A stretch of 64,000 bases of DNA from positions 139,438,001 through 139,502,000 of the forward strand of contig OZ024741.1 of NCBI GenBank assembly GCA_964016885.1. Reading direction: 5' to 3'. This DNA comes from Eledone cirrhosa. Taxonomy: Eukaryota. The position numbers were made by a program, and so were the translations under genes. The notes beneath the pieces were generated by a model that saw nothing but the letters and a program-made list of their open reading frames with translations, was not told the DNA's origin and searched no databases. Shown here one piece after another: positions 38,497-53,512 of this stretch (the first letter of the stretch is position 1; each line of letters begins with the position of its first letter).

Positions 38497-41312
38497 TTAT
38501 ATATATGTATATTTTAAATACAAGCATTGTGGCATATGTAGTTGTGATTAGTTTGAGAAATAGAGAAATTTTAAATACAAGAAATAGAAAGAAGTTAGAT
38601 ATACAAGAAGTCTAAATTAATATCCTGTATTGTACATGTGTAAACACACTGCGTTGCTTGTTTTTTACTTGTTTCTTTTTATTTAGATACTTTAGTTTTC
38701 ACTCTTGCATCAAAATAATCTCATATGTACACAAACATACACAAATGCGTATCTTAATACAAACTACAATATACCTCAAATATATTTTTTCTCAGATTAA
38801 ATCATTAACCAATTTATTTTCTGTATATAGTACATCCATAAATGTTCATTTTTTTTTATGATGTCTAAATAATATATATTTTATTTAAACAAAGTCTATT
38901 AGGAAATACATTAACGGCATTAAATATGAAGAAAGATATCAGTTGAAATGTTTGAGACATTAACAGATGAAATCAATCAATAATGTATCAATGACAGCAA
39001 GCACATAGAGATGTCAGTTGTATGTTTTCCGATTGATAGAATATATGGCGTTTTCGATTCTGACGAGAATTTTTTGTGGCTGAAGTCCCGTTGGATACAT
39101 CATTCCTTAAATTCTCATCGTAAATTAAAGGCTTTATAATTTTTAGTAGAATGTGTGTATCTCTTGTCTTTACTACATTTGTTTAATTTTGATACAAATC
39201 GCCATAAATACACCTCAGTGTACTTGCAATATCTATTTCGGGGTGTACATACACAAACACATACTCAACCACATATCTGTCCGTATATTCGAATACCCGT
39301 GCACAAATATACACACGCAAGTGTGTATGGTTAGGTGAGTAATATGTAGTGATTATTTCTGTTAAATTTGATTCCATTGAATATATCGATGTCAGTTGTT
39401 ACCTTTTCCGTAATATATTCAGAAATAGTCCAGATGGCTTTCCGGTTTCCAACAATGTTTTCAATACAAATCAAACGAAATAGTAATGCATGTTTTTTCT
39501 TTTAGTTTCATTTAGGCTCTCTGTCTCCCTCAATACGTGTTCTTTGCATGAGAGGCGAAAAGAGCGCATACCAATGATGATTTAGGTATAGAGTTATATA
39601 GAATTAGATACAGTAATTCCAATGAAGATCCTATTTAATTACGGTTGAATTAAACTCTAACTAACTTTTAAAAACATGTTATATAAAAATAACTACATCG
39701 ATCTTTCATCTTTTCCCAGAATGGTTTGTTAATCGTTAGACTAACGTATGCACTGACATAAAGTGTATTACATGTATACAAGTATTCATCATCAACTGTG
39801 TTACATAAATATTCGACGTGACTAGTTTCACTATAATATATTGCGTCAAACTGAAACTTAACAACAAATGTATTCAAATCTTCGGGGGTAAGACACCGAA
39901 GCAAACATTTTAAATATTCATCCATACTTATTCTCTTCCAATATATACATACGCAGGTTATAAGGCATCTCGCCGTCAATAGTTATTCAAGTAATGGCCA
40001 ACATTATCTATATTAAATATAATAGATAAATCTAGATATAACGTTAATTAATACCATGATATAACGTACAAGCTAACTTTCACCTTTTTTGCTGTTCGTT
40101 TTCATTTAAACAGTGCTTCCTCTGACAACAGTGTTTTTTTTACACAAGCACCTTGGCTGATTCTAAATCACCGTTACGATTCTAGTGGATCAGCAATTTA
40201 GCCGAGTATATTCTACACAGTCAATAAATACTGGGTGGATTTTGGAAGACAGTTTACTGCTAAATGTCTTGGGCATGATAACGCTTGACTTCTAGATTTA
40301 CGAAATGAGCGATACGCGCTGTTATGAACATACTAATGTCCTATGTGTTGAGGTGGGAGTTACCTCCTGAGGAAATGCAATAGTCCAATTGCGTAATATC
40401 TGATGATAATGCGTAGTCTCTGTACACTGCAGTTTTAATACATGTTGATGGATAAAAACGCTGAAATAACATTTGTGATTTTCATAAGCTGTGTACATTT
40501 TCTTACACTTGAAAATATGCGTTTGAGTATCTTTCGCCTATATTCAGACTTAACATATAAACATCACTGAAAATACAAAACAACTCTTCCAAACTATATA
40601 TACCAAATCAGTTTCGGTGATTTCTTGTCACTGATAGAAATGAAGGAAATCAGTAATTGACCTATGTGAACTTGTACCCAGATAAATTATTTAAAATGAA
40701 ATAAATATGCTACATTTCGAATTTACCCTCTGATATATCCTATTGGGGTATGTTAACGATGTACTCTCCATATGAGATTAATTAACTTCTGGTTGCAATA
40801 TCCTATTGTCAGCGGTCGAAAATAGTTTGGATGAAAATTAACCTGATATTTTATAGATAAATTTGAAATATTTATTTAATTAACAGCATTCGTTTCTTTG
40901 ATATTTTGATATATATAACGTCTAACTTCGTAAACACTTAATTGTTTACAAGGGAAATGACATAATTAGTATGATGATGTAGTATTCAAATTATGCCGCT
41001 CTTTATTCGGTATGAATGGTTTGATTGCACTATGAATATATTGTTCAGGGTGAAATCAACATCGTCTTCGTATCCGAAGGTGAAAACTAGATTAATGCTT
41101 CTTTTAATACACCAAAGAATAATCAACTATAACTATTGTTACTCTCCATTACATTATATGTCTCTGGTTTGGAATTAGTTATACGAAGCGTATCGTTTTA
41201 TTTGTTTTAAGCGCCACGATATGAGATTCTGTAGCGGGCATCAATCCTGGAAATAGTATTTAAACGTACTTGACCATCTAACTATATATATAAGATAGAG
41301 AGTGAGAGATAA

Positions 41313-41346
<34 letters not shown>

Positions 41347-43207
41347 ACACACACACACATCTATCTCTGTCTCTATATATATATGTATACATACATACAT
41401 ATATATATACTGAAATATATACATGCATATGCACACAGACATTTATGTGCGTGAGTGTATATGTATTATTGTATGTCATTTAATTGATACTATAGTATGT
41501 TGTTCTTATAACTGTATTTTAAGTGTATGCATGTGTTTATGTTATGTGCCAGCTTTAATCTGAATTGATTCATGCAAGTGAGGATACAGTGAAAAGAAAT
41601 ATGTGAAAAGAATCTAACAAAGTAAATCGGGAAAACTAAAGAAAATGGAGACGAAAGTATTTAGAAATATAATAAAATAGCAAGGAAATAGGGACATAGG
41701 AATTAATGTGTAGAAGTTGAATGTGAGGAAAGAAAACACATCCAGAAAGCTATAAAATATATAGATTAATAAAGAAAAATAAAGAATAGTAAAGGAAATA
41801 TAAAAAAGTTTAGATTTTATACTTAAGCAAAATGAAACTACAGTTGTTATTAAAAAGAAGAAAACAAGAAGTCGGTTGGCAGCAAGGAGAGCATGTACAT
41901 GTCGGAGTTGTGTAAAAATAAAGCAATAATGTTCAAAGGTTGGAAGTTCGGATTATCTGAAGATATCGAGCATGTGGATTTGTAACAGGGAGTAGTAAGA
42001 TCTCTTGATTTCATGTGATTAACTCAGTAGTATCCTAAAATATTGATCATCTGCATTAGTGCAGGGTCATATGTTTACAGAGGAAAAGATGTATAATCGA
42101 TAACTGGTCATTAGGTTTTTGCTTTTATCTTAGAGAGAAATAAAATTCAATCAGCTTTGGTGGGATTCGTTTTTAGATAAACTAGGTACATAGCTACATT
42201 AAGGTATTTAGTCAGAGTTACTACTAATTCTGACGCAGAACATGTAATGCACGTGTGTAAATATAATGCTTATGATTTTGATTATATCGTTTTCTTTACT
42301 TTCATGCCATATTCCGTTACATAACTGTTACGGTATTAATTTTTTGGCGTTCATATTGAGGAATTGATTATCAGTTTCAAAGCAACATTTGATACTACTA
42401 GTGTACAAATATGATATTAATGGTTCCTTAATTAGGCATAGGTCCTGCAAAGCGATGTATTGGGTGAAACACTGAAAAGATCGTACCCACCACTTAGCTT
42501 GTGATCTATATTATCAGCCCAGGAATGAGGAATGACAACCTTAACTTGATTGTATTTGAACTCAGAAATTAAAGGTGTGGAATAAATGCCTAAATATCTT
42601 TGTGTCGCACGACATAACACTTCCGTCAAACTATCACTTGCTCTAGAACTCCCTGAAAACAAATAAGCCATGAATATATTTCATACTTATACATCTCAGA
42701 AATCCAGAATCTCGTGGGTTTAAGCACCGTGATTCTTCTTGTTTGATTTATTTTATTATTTTTACAGCCCATATTGGAAATTAAGTATAAATAAATGTGT
42801 CTTCGTTTTGGAAAATCATGTTAGGTCTTATTGATACCAGTTGCTCTTTAACATGACACGTTATGTATCAATTAATGATGATAGTGGTCCGACGTCTTCA
42901 ATCAATTCGTATTGCTAAAACAAATATCTAATATACGCGATAAATTGAGTCAATTACATTTCTTTGCATAGATTTGTCCTGCGTTTAGTCAAAAATAATA
43001 ATACTGTTTCTGATGGTGTGAGTAAAGAAATCGATATGAAAATTATTTAAATTATAATAGATAAAATATCTTTATGAGCGCTAAGGATAATGATAATGAT
43101 TTGAAAGAGACACGTTGTAACTCACTTTATATCCAAAATAATTTATCCATTGTAATCGTATTAAGAGGATACTATTTCCTATCTTTCTGTCTCTTTTGCT
43201 CACTCCA

Positions 43208-43465
<258 letters not shown>

Positions 43466-43773
43466 GAAAATGTGGCAGTAATATCGTAGATCCAGCTTGG
43501 TCACCTCATGCGCCATGCAATAGCAACAAATGTGAAAGTTCTACGGCCCTGTATCTATTCTAATAAAACTATTCGCTATTCACTCGTACATATGTATGGT
43601 ACAATATTTGTTTTAATTTGACAAGGATTTGTTACTCATACTGGAATAAATTTCGTTCCTGTTAGGCTAGCTAGACTTTCGTAACCGCTTAAATATTTCA
43701 ATGACTATATTTGTCTAAACTTTCGTTTTATACACACACACACACATAGACACACCCACACAAACACACACAC

Positions 43774-43852
<79 letters not shown>

Positions 43853-43853
43853 A

Positions 43854-43889
<36 letters not shown>

Positions 43890-43914
43890 TTGTGTGTGTG
43901 TTTGTGTGTGTGAA

Positions 43915-44045
43915 GGCCACGAATTGTTAGAATCGTTGGAACGTCGGGTAGAAGGGTTTGCGGTATTCGTTTCAGCCGAGGTCAACTGTGCCTTTTATCC
44001 GTTCGAGATCGATAAAAAAGTACCAGTATAGTACTATGGTTGATT
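43915..44045 (+). mobile_element. Decayed SINE
   Basis: GCCGAGGTCAACTGTGCCTTTTATCCGTTCGAGATCGATAAAAAAGTACCAGT. Confidence 0.6.
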
Positions 44046-44607
44046 TTTCTTATATATCTCTTTCACACTTTCTTTTTCTCACATTCTTTATCGTTGTCTG
44101 GAAGAAACTTGGTCTATTCAGACCTGGAGAGGGATGGGCTCCGCCAGAAACACTGTATGCGAATCTGATGCCAATACGTTTCCCTCATTATGTATATGTA
44201 TAAGTATGTAAATATATATACAAACTTACTTATATGAATATACATTTATCACCTCGTACATTTCTTTTCACAGATTGGCATCTATAACCTTTACTCCCGC
44301 TATTTTGAATTGTTCGTTTTTGAGGTTATTTTATTTTGTCTGGTTGATATATTTCAAATGCAGAGTATTCCACTACACAAAAAAATCTCACTGTTGTGAA
44401 TGCAATTTAGTAATAGATATAAGAACTTCAATTGTCACATGGAATTGATCTTTTACTAACATATCCTTCGGTCTAACATTCAATTGTTCAATGCTTCAAA
44501 TTGACTTTGACATCTTCAGGACAATTGGCTGTCAAATATTTAAGATTGATTGCCTAGTTACGCATGTGTACACACAAACATACACATAGATTGAAACAAA
44601 CACACAC

Positions 44608-44686
<79 letters not shown>

Positions 44687-47600
44687 TGTGTGTGTGTGTG
44701 TGTGTGCGTGTGTGTGCAAGTGTGCGTGAGTGTGCGTGCTTGTGATAAAAGTGAAAATCTATTGGAATAACGTGATTATTTAATTGTTGTATGGTAGCAA
44801 ATACGCTCGGTGCCTTACTTCCATTTAGTGAATATAAAACTGCAGGAAATAATAAATGATATATTAATATGAAATTATTTTGAGAAGGTTAATATTGTAT
44901 ATATATGACTGGATGCAATTACATAATAATAGATTATATTTAATTAAAATAGTATAATTCATGAGGGGTTTCTTTTCTTTCATTTTAACTGCACTGAAAA
45001 ATATATATTTCTTATAAAGCAGCGTTTCGGCAAATTAAGTGCCTCGGTAATTTTCTGGCTTAATTCCCATTGAGTTCAAATAAGGTTGAGGAAAGCGTTG
45101 ACTTTCTTACATTTGAGATCAACGAAAATGAAAGTGTATCAGGGGTGATAGTTTCTTAGAAATATTAATCATTCATCATACGGGCTCCCTCAATGAATTG
45201 TGAAATCATACTGCCTATACTATAAGTTAGAGAAAGAACAACGTAAGCGTTGTTTAATTGATCGTATCATATGATGGCCTCCATTTGTGTTCTGAAATGT
45301 TTATTAACTTATGAAAACTGCATTAGTTATTAGGTGATGGCTACTTAAAAGATTCTACCATTTACTATCACTAATTTAACGTAACATTAGTGATCATGGG
45401 AACAAGAGTATACCTAATTTTTAGACGTTTTAGATATTGCGTCCAATACTTTCTTAGATCAAACATGTTGACTTATATCGGGACATATTTAAAATATAGT
45501 CCCCGAAAACATAAATAAAATGAGCAAAATACCGAGCTTAGGATGAGTTTTTTGTCGGTGCACGTGTGTGTGTGCCGGCGTGTATATCTTAATGTATATG
45601 TTAATATAAGCGTACGAATGTAAAGAGAACATTACAAATTGATGAGCAAATCCTATGGACTCGCTCCAACATATTTCATATTCCCTGTTATTTAACTGAA
45701 TAGCAGGACGTTCATTATTTCCAAAATAGTGACTCCTAATCTAAATATGACAATATGGCCCTAAAGCTGCAACACATAATTGAAACAGCGCTACACTACA
45801 TCTTCGATGAGGTTTAAACCCGAACCGATTCTCGAATAACATAGCGTGATTTCTCGGCCGCACCTCTACTCAAAAAGCGCAATGTGTAGCGAATCTATTA
45901 TAATTAAAGACAATTTGTTTTCGTCGTGATGGGTGATATCAAACTGGACAAGTAGATAACTTTTTACATTTTATATATTTAATACCTTGTGTAAACAAAC
46001 CAGAATGCTATGTCAACACACGAACAGTAATTCATATTTATCAATATATATATCATTGTGGGTCACAAATTTAACGTTTAGAATAATATATATTGTCAAT
46101 CAGTTTTGAGACCAGTCAGAACAACAACAATTGATTTTGGTTTCTCTCGCTCTAATTCCTGTTAAGTCTAATGGGACGTCTCGAAAATATTAGATATAAA
46201 ACAAATAAAATGAATAAATACATAAACAAAACGGATACAACATAACCATACATATGCCAGTTATTAGCATTAAATACTATGATACATCTATACTTTGATG
46301 TATTCATATATGTTATTCTCTTTCCTCTACCAGTGAAGTTCAATGCAAGATATTTAGAGTGTAAGTAACATATTCTTTCATATTGATTTTTAGTGAAATC
46401 AAACAATCATTATAAGCTATGCATATGTTTTTAGATTTCCATTACAACCTTCTACAAAATGCAATGGATGATCATTTGCTGAAGCACAAATTATGTGATT
46501 ACATATTTAAATGTTATATTTCTAAATTTAAATGAGAATAAACAAAGTATATTCCATCTATATGTTCATATGACAAGGATAATCTATTACCAATGTTTTA
46601 CTGTAAATAACTTGTGACAAGCATCTGTTAGGTGTGTGAACGTAAAATATAATTGAAACTAAGATTTTTGCAGAAGGACGCAATGCGTCTGTCGGAGGTA
46701 AAGAATCGATCGTAAGCCAACTAACCTGACAACGATACATAGCAAGTATACATAGGAAGTATAACCCATATCTAAAATATTACTGGAAAAGCCATGTTAC
46801 AATTATCTTTATGGAGTCAAATATGAAAGATAAAGGAAATTCTATGACTTACTCATGGACACAACGCGGAACCTAAAAGCTATCACACAAACTTTCACAA
46901 TGAGCCGAAATCTAGCAACGTACCTATACATTCATTGAAAATAATTTTCAGTTCTCGACTGACATTTCTTGATTAAATCCTCTGCTTATCATTCACTCTG
47001 TGGAAACATTACTCCAAGAAAATAGTAGTATTTCACCTTAGATGGGAATAAATCTGTTAATAAGGTAATATCTTCTGAATAATCAACTATTAAATTAGCT
47101 CTCAAATGAGGCCCAAAAGGCTTATATTTTCACTGCATACATTGTCATTAGCTTATCGTTTGCATAGAATGCACAATAATGCGGTCTACTCGGATAAACC
47201 TAATATTGACAGTACAGCAATTCAATAGATTCGACGACACTATACACAATTTTAGTATTCCATAAAATAAGTTATCAACAGATTACGTCTGTAATCAGCA
47301 CATACAGTTCCGAATGCAAATATGGTATTATACAGATAAAAGTCAGTGTCGACTATAGTGTGCTTTAACGTAGACAGAAATACAAATAATGTAAATAATT
47401 TAGTGTAACAACAATCATTCACCCTTACAGGTACTAGCCACATTGATAGTGCATTTAGCATTTCTCCTATAATGTTATTTAATGTGAACTATTTAAAGAG
47501 AGGTGATAACAATTTATATAGAAAATTAATGTATCATTTTTCTTGTTATATCTCTCTGTGAAATATACATTGTGTCTGTCCATTGCAGTTGTTGAGACGT

Positions 47601-47740
47601 CAGCTACTGAACATTACATAACACGAGGAAACTGGTTAAAGTCAGAAAACAGGTTGTATCGTTGCGAGTTGAAAACAACGGCTAACATAAATATGGTGCT
47701 CACTAAGTATGGGGCAATTCTGTAGACAATCCCCAATTAG

Positions 47741-48090
<350 letters not shown>

Positions 48091-51043
48091 GCGGCGATGA
48101 ATTAGTTTTGCGAGGTTTTTTATATGAAATACTTGGGGAGGGTCATATTTGTGTAATATTGCCAGAATTAATAACAGAACACACTCACTGTTTGGTTGGT
48201 TTTCGCTTCTCGCTTCTGTGTCTTTTATATCGGTAATCTAATATACTCGGTCCTCAATGTTGCCATTGACTGACCGGCGGTCAAAAATAATACAGATACA
48301 ATATAGACACAAACACATATAGCATAGTTTATCATACATCTTTCGTTGCAACATCTGCAACATCGTCAGTGGTGCTATATTTTCCTCCTGTTGTATTGTA
48401 TGTCTACGCCATTTTTATTCAGTCTGTCTATATATTTATTTATTTATTTGCTTGTTTGTTTATGTTATTTTGTCTTCTCTGCGCGTGCGTTTGCGTGTGT
48501 GTATAATCTTTTGTTTGCTGTGTGATGGGTGACTAGAGTGTGTTTATGTGCTTCTTGTTATTGTGCTTGTGTATTTATTTATTTATTTATTTATTTATTT
48601 ATTTTATTTTATTTACTTATTTATACTTCTCTTAGGTCAGTGTTGTTTGTTTGGGTGTTGTTGTTATTCCATTCATTTTTTTCTGTTTAGCCTTGGTCAT
48701 CTAATTTCTATTTCTCTGGCCTCTCTGATTTGCCTATGTGCTAGGTCATTTCTATGTTTAGATATTATTCTAATTTCTATGTTGTCTATGTTACCGTCAT
48801 GGTGTTGTCTAGCATGTTCGTATAGTACTGACCCGTTTTTTCGTCCTTGTAGTTCCCCCCAGTGTTGCTCTATCCTTTCACCTATGCTACGAGCTGTCTC
48901 ACCTATGTATGTTGTTGTCATGTTTCTGCAAGTACCCTCTGTACATCCTATGCTATAGACTACGTTTCTAGTTTTACAGTTTATCCGGGGGTTCACCTTA
49001 CATATGATACATTTCCTATTGGTACAGTGGGTTTTCTTAAAAGGGTAGGTTTTCCTGATCAGGGATTTTATGGTGGTTCCTGGCTTTTCTACCAGCTTTA
49101 TTTTTAAGTGGGTCTTTCTCAGGGCCTTTCTACACTGGTTAGCTAATTTCCCTCCGGGAGTAGCGTCCACAAATATGACACTCTGGTATCTCTGGTTGTC
49201 GTACCATGAGGTGGCTTTCCCTATCTTATGTCTAGCCCTATCTAAGCTATTCCATGATTTGCTCCTGTATAATGGGCAAATTCCTTTCATGTCCAGTTCT
49301 ATGAGGGTCTTATACTTCTCCATGGCTCCTTCTGTCACTTTGGTTGTAGCCAGAGAACTGCATGCGGTTGATGAAGTGTTGGATGTGTCTTTCCATTTCT
49401 GTTGGGTCGCACATGCGGGACACATTCTTCATCACTCGTACCAAATCTGCGATCAGAATATTAAACTTAGCACTACTGGACATTGCTGAGTTTTTGAGTA
49501 TCAGGTATTTGGAGGCCATGGGTTTAGCATAGTGTGAGTGGAGAATTTGGGCTCTCTCGTCTATAGTGTTAATCCAGAGTTCTGTGTCTAATACATGTAG
49601 TCTATTGTTAGGGTGTTTGGAAGGGAAGTCGATAGTTACAGTTATACTCTGGTGTATGGAATTAGCTATCTGATGGATGCTTTCCATCGTGCTACGTTCT
49701 AAATCAAACTTGTTAGTTCTCTCTAGTGGGGGTGTTCTTATATCTATATTGATATCGTCTACATAACGAGAGTACATGATGAGGTCTATGGAGCTCTCAT
49801 TAAGGAGATCTTTAAGTCTCCTTTCCCACCATACCATGAAAAGGTTGGCAACATCACCAGCTATGCTGACGCCCATGGCTGCTCCCTCATTTTGGGTGTA
49901 GATCTTCTCGTTGAACTTAAATATGTGGCCCTTTAGGGTAGTTTTGATACTACCCCCTATTGCATGTGCGACCATTTTTCTTACCTGATCATTGTTTTGA
50001 GGGGTCCGTATAGCTTTGGTCCAGCCAATCCACCTTCCCATGGGAGTCTTTTTTGCCATTGAGGTTATGGTGGGGGGGTCTACCTCTTATAGGTCTACTA
50101 GGGCAGAAACGTCTAAGGTCATGGCTGTCTAGGTAGTCAGTGTCGTAGTTAAGTCTAAGTAGGAGGCCCAGTTTGTCTGTGTCGACATCGCAGAACTCCA
50201 ACTCACTCTCAATGATCATCTCCACACATCTTTTCACAGCAAAATCAATGTTAATGGATGGGTACAGTGACACCACATCCATGCTGCCTATTATGCAGTT
50301 GGATAGGTTCCTGTTTTTGTTGCACTCACTGATTCTGCTGAGGAGGTCCTCTGTACTGTCACATACATCTGGGGACATCTTAATTATGGGGCCTATAACC
50401 ATTGAGAGGAAGTAGAAGATCCTGTAGTTACTAGCTATATTAGCTCCGCATACAGGTCTTGTTGGTGGTCCTGTTGTCGGGTCGTCGACTGTCTTGTGGT
50501 CTTTGCGGAGCTTATACAAGGGTGGTATGCCATTGTTAGACGCCTGGAAGTTGTTGGCAGTGCATCTGCTTGGCTTTAGGATGTCAGTCCACATCATCAT
50601 GTGAGCGTTGAGAATTTTCTCTCTCCCATCGTGTGTTTGTTGTGCAATTTCGCTTGTGTTAGTGATGTGGGGTTGCATAGCCTTGATGTAGTTCGGCATG
50701 CTATCTATTGACATCCTACCAGACTTATCCGTGGGTAGACATACTACCTCACCATCCCTTGTGCGCTGCTTGAGGCTAACCAAGCCTTCTACAGGTTTCC
50801 TCCCAAGTTGTTGGGCTTCTGGTCTGCTCTGTCTCTTAGTATACCTGTCTACTATTTGTCTAATCTTATTTCTAGCTATGGTGAACTGTGTCTCTGTCTC
50901 GTCATGTATTTGTTGTGGTATGCAAACTCTTTTATTAAAGGGTAACCTCGTAGGATAGATATTACCCATAGTATACGTTTTGTCTGCTGGGTTGAAAAAT
51001 AGTTTCTCTAAAGGGTTGTCATTACTTCTATCGTCATAGTTGC
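48091..51043 (-). mobile_element. Penelope-like element, probably Nematis clade: RT plus C-terminal GIY-YIG with 3' pLTR, 5'-truncated
   Basis: Three overlapping frames (50969-49989, 50059-49310, 49425-48697): CLPTDKSGR, GPPTRPVCGA, GSMDVVSLYPSI, QNEGAAMG, YSRYVDDI, VLDTELWI, VIFVDATPGG, CTNRKCIIC...NVVYSIGC...YIGETARS..ER..QH. pLTR 48091-48696 abuts (TA)n. Clade assignment is from remembered motifs only. Confidence 0.85.
48331..48373 (-). ncRNA. Hammerhead motif, family G
   Basis: ACCA-CUGACGA-U-GUUGCA GAUGU UGCAAC-GAAA GAUG UA-UGAU; perfect stem II, weak stem I. Confidence 0.65.
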
Positions 51044-51331
51044 GTGTTTTGCTATTATTGTTATCATGGTGGTTGTTGTTTAATCAAATGTTTGCCTACC
51101 ATTGCAGCATCGATATGGAAGAATAGTAGTCGAAGGATGTCTTCTCTCGTATATATACACTATCAAAGAAAAAAATATTTTTTTAACGGAAAGCTTCTTT
51201 TTATATTTTACTCTAAGCACACGTGACGGAGTGTCAGGTACTGTCCTTAATGCCAGATAGTGGTGTTTTCTTAATCTTCCAGTGATATTCACCTACATGA
51301 AAATATATTATATTCTTTAGGTGATGTTTGG

Positions 51332-51384
<53 letters not shown>

Positions 51385-52400
51385 AATGCACATATGTTGC
51401 TGAATCCTTGAATTATATTATGTTACCGTGGTTTTAACTATACTAATATGTAATTAAATTGTATAAGAGGAAATAAGTGTCAACAATCTTCATACAGGTA
51501 CCTGTTCGATCGCTTATACGACACATTATTGGTATTTTCGTCCATTGAATAGATTGTTTTCTACATTTTAATTGGGGTCATTAAGCATTTTTGGACCACT
51601 GTTTGTGTTTATTCAAAATCATCTTTAATGCAATCGATGCTTGATTTTCCCCATAAGGCATATTTCCAATATGTCAGTACTAGTTTTGATAAATGATTTA
51701 TTCATAATCACATGATTCGAAGGCTGTAACATGATTTACAAATCCCCCTTCCATGTAAGAAAACAAATACCATTTGGCAAAACCAAAATGGTGGATTTCA
51801 ATAGTTTAATCAAATCTTTTCATCCTCATTGGTATTTAGACTCAATTGGCAATCAGTGACTTCCGATTGCTACTACCTAAATGACACTCAACTTCCATTT
51901 AGAATCATATTCTTTAAGTATCATAAAAAGAACACAAAATAAACAAATTCACATTGAAATTTAGAAATTCGTTTTTTTGCATTTTTATGGAAGTGAAACG
52001 GTTGTAGACCGACTAAATATAGCCAGAAATATGGCCGCATTCAATGTTATACAAAGACTGCCATTAGCTTAAATGCCAAGCGTTATTCAGGAATATTTTA
52101 ATAGCTTAGTTTACCATCAATTTTAAACAGTATCCCATTCAATTCATGTTTTTTTTTATAATTCCTTTATTCACAAAGATCATTTTTTCCTAATTACCTG
52201 GTTTTTCCGTCTTTTTTTTTATTTATTCATTTCTTATTAATATTGATATTCATAAAGCAGTTAGTATTAGTACTATTGTTATTTTCATCAGTATTGCTTT
52301 CGTTGTTATTAATAATAATACTATTTTTATTATTTTCTATATATGACAATTAACGTCGACATGGCCCTGGAATGGAATAAATAATAATAATAATAGAATC

Positions 52401-52462
<62 letters not shown>

Positions 52463-52500
52463 CAGCAGCAGCAGCAGCAGCAACAGTAGTAATAGTAGTG

Positions 52501-52563
<63 letters not shown>
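52401..52563. repeat. (AGT)n microsatellite with an internal (AGC)n block
   Basis: Direct reading. Confidence 0.95.
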
Positions 52564-52769
52564 ATATCAGTGCTGGTTCCATGATACAATGCATCCAGTA
52601 TATTCTGGGAGGTGCTATTCCTGGTCCTATGATAAGTGCAAAGTGGTTGATGATAGGAAGGATATTCAGTGGTAAAAACAATGCTAAAAGTATAATATAT
52701 GTAAGAAAGATCGGGCTCTTGGTCCGTCTGGTGGAGCGGGTCAGTGACACGAGTTAGTTATTGACTTGG

Positions 52770-53297
52770 TCTGTGATCCAAGAGAAAGAGTTTAGCATCC
52801 AAACAGACCGAAAAATAGATTCAAATTGACCTGATATAATAATGAAGGACTGTAAATAGAGGGTATTTCTGCTGATTGAGATGATAGACAAGAATGCATC
52901 TATAAAACGAATTGAAAAATTGAACAAACATAAAGACCTGGAAATAGAGATTGGAAAAATGTGGAAGTTGAGAGCTAAAACAATACCAGTAGTTGTAGGC
53001 GCTCTAGCAATGATACATAAGGGGTATAATGATTACTTATCCCAAACCTGGAAATCCTGCGTATAGAAGAAATACAAAAGATAGCACTGATGGTAATTGC
53101 CCATGTACTAAGGAAGATTATGTCAATATAAGTATATCATAAGTGCAAACACGTAAAGTTTTCTGTGTGTGTGTCTGTTTTCTTGAACATGGCGGACCTT
53201 GTATCTTAAGGTCACTGGTTGTGACTTGGTGATAACTCGTATGATCATAAGCCGAGATAAATGAAGAAATAATAAAACTACTGCTACTAATAATAAT
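52770..53297 (+). mobile_element. Dong/R4-like LINE 3' fragment (restriction-like endonuclease and 3' UTR, TAA tail)
   Basis: FSIQTDRKIDSN*PDIIMKD...EKLNKHKDLEIEIGKMWKLRAKTIPVVVGALAMI...EEIQKIAL...HVLRKI. Confidence 0.8.
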
Positions 53298-53299
53298 AA

Positions 53300-53512
53300 G
53301 CTCTGTTAACATAAAGATCTGACATTGAATTTGAGAAAATGTTGCATCCTAAACGCTTTACGATACCAGTGATAGTCGGTGTACTTAGAATGTAAAAAAC
53401 AGGGAAATGAAAAATATATGAACCAGAAACCCGAAAAGACATCTGTGCAAGCGATACAAAAATAAGGCTGACTGGCCCTCTCCACGTCATAAGAAGGATA
53501 TTATCGATTTAA
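53300..53512 (+). mobile_element. Second, more decayed Dong/R4-like C-terminal fragment
   Basis: DIEFEKMLHPKRFTIPVIVGVLRM...AIQK...LTGPLHVIRRILSI*. Confidence 0.6.

Noticed and set aside
39059-39120. CTGACGA followed by an inverted repeat
   Set aside because: No GAAA or UH in register, so not a hammerhead.
39668-39979. 103-aa minus-strand ORF
   Set aside because: No recognisable domain, and the length is compatible with chance.
52337-52750. Poly-Leu and poly-Thr ORFs
   Set aside because: Translations of the (AGT)n microsatellite.
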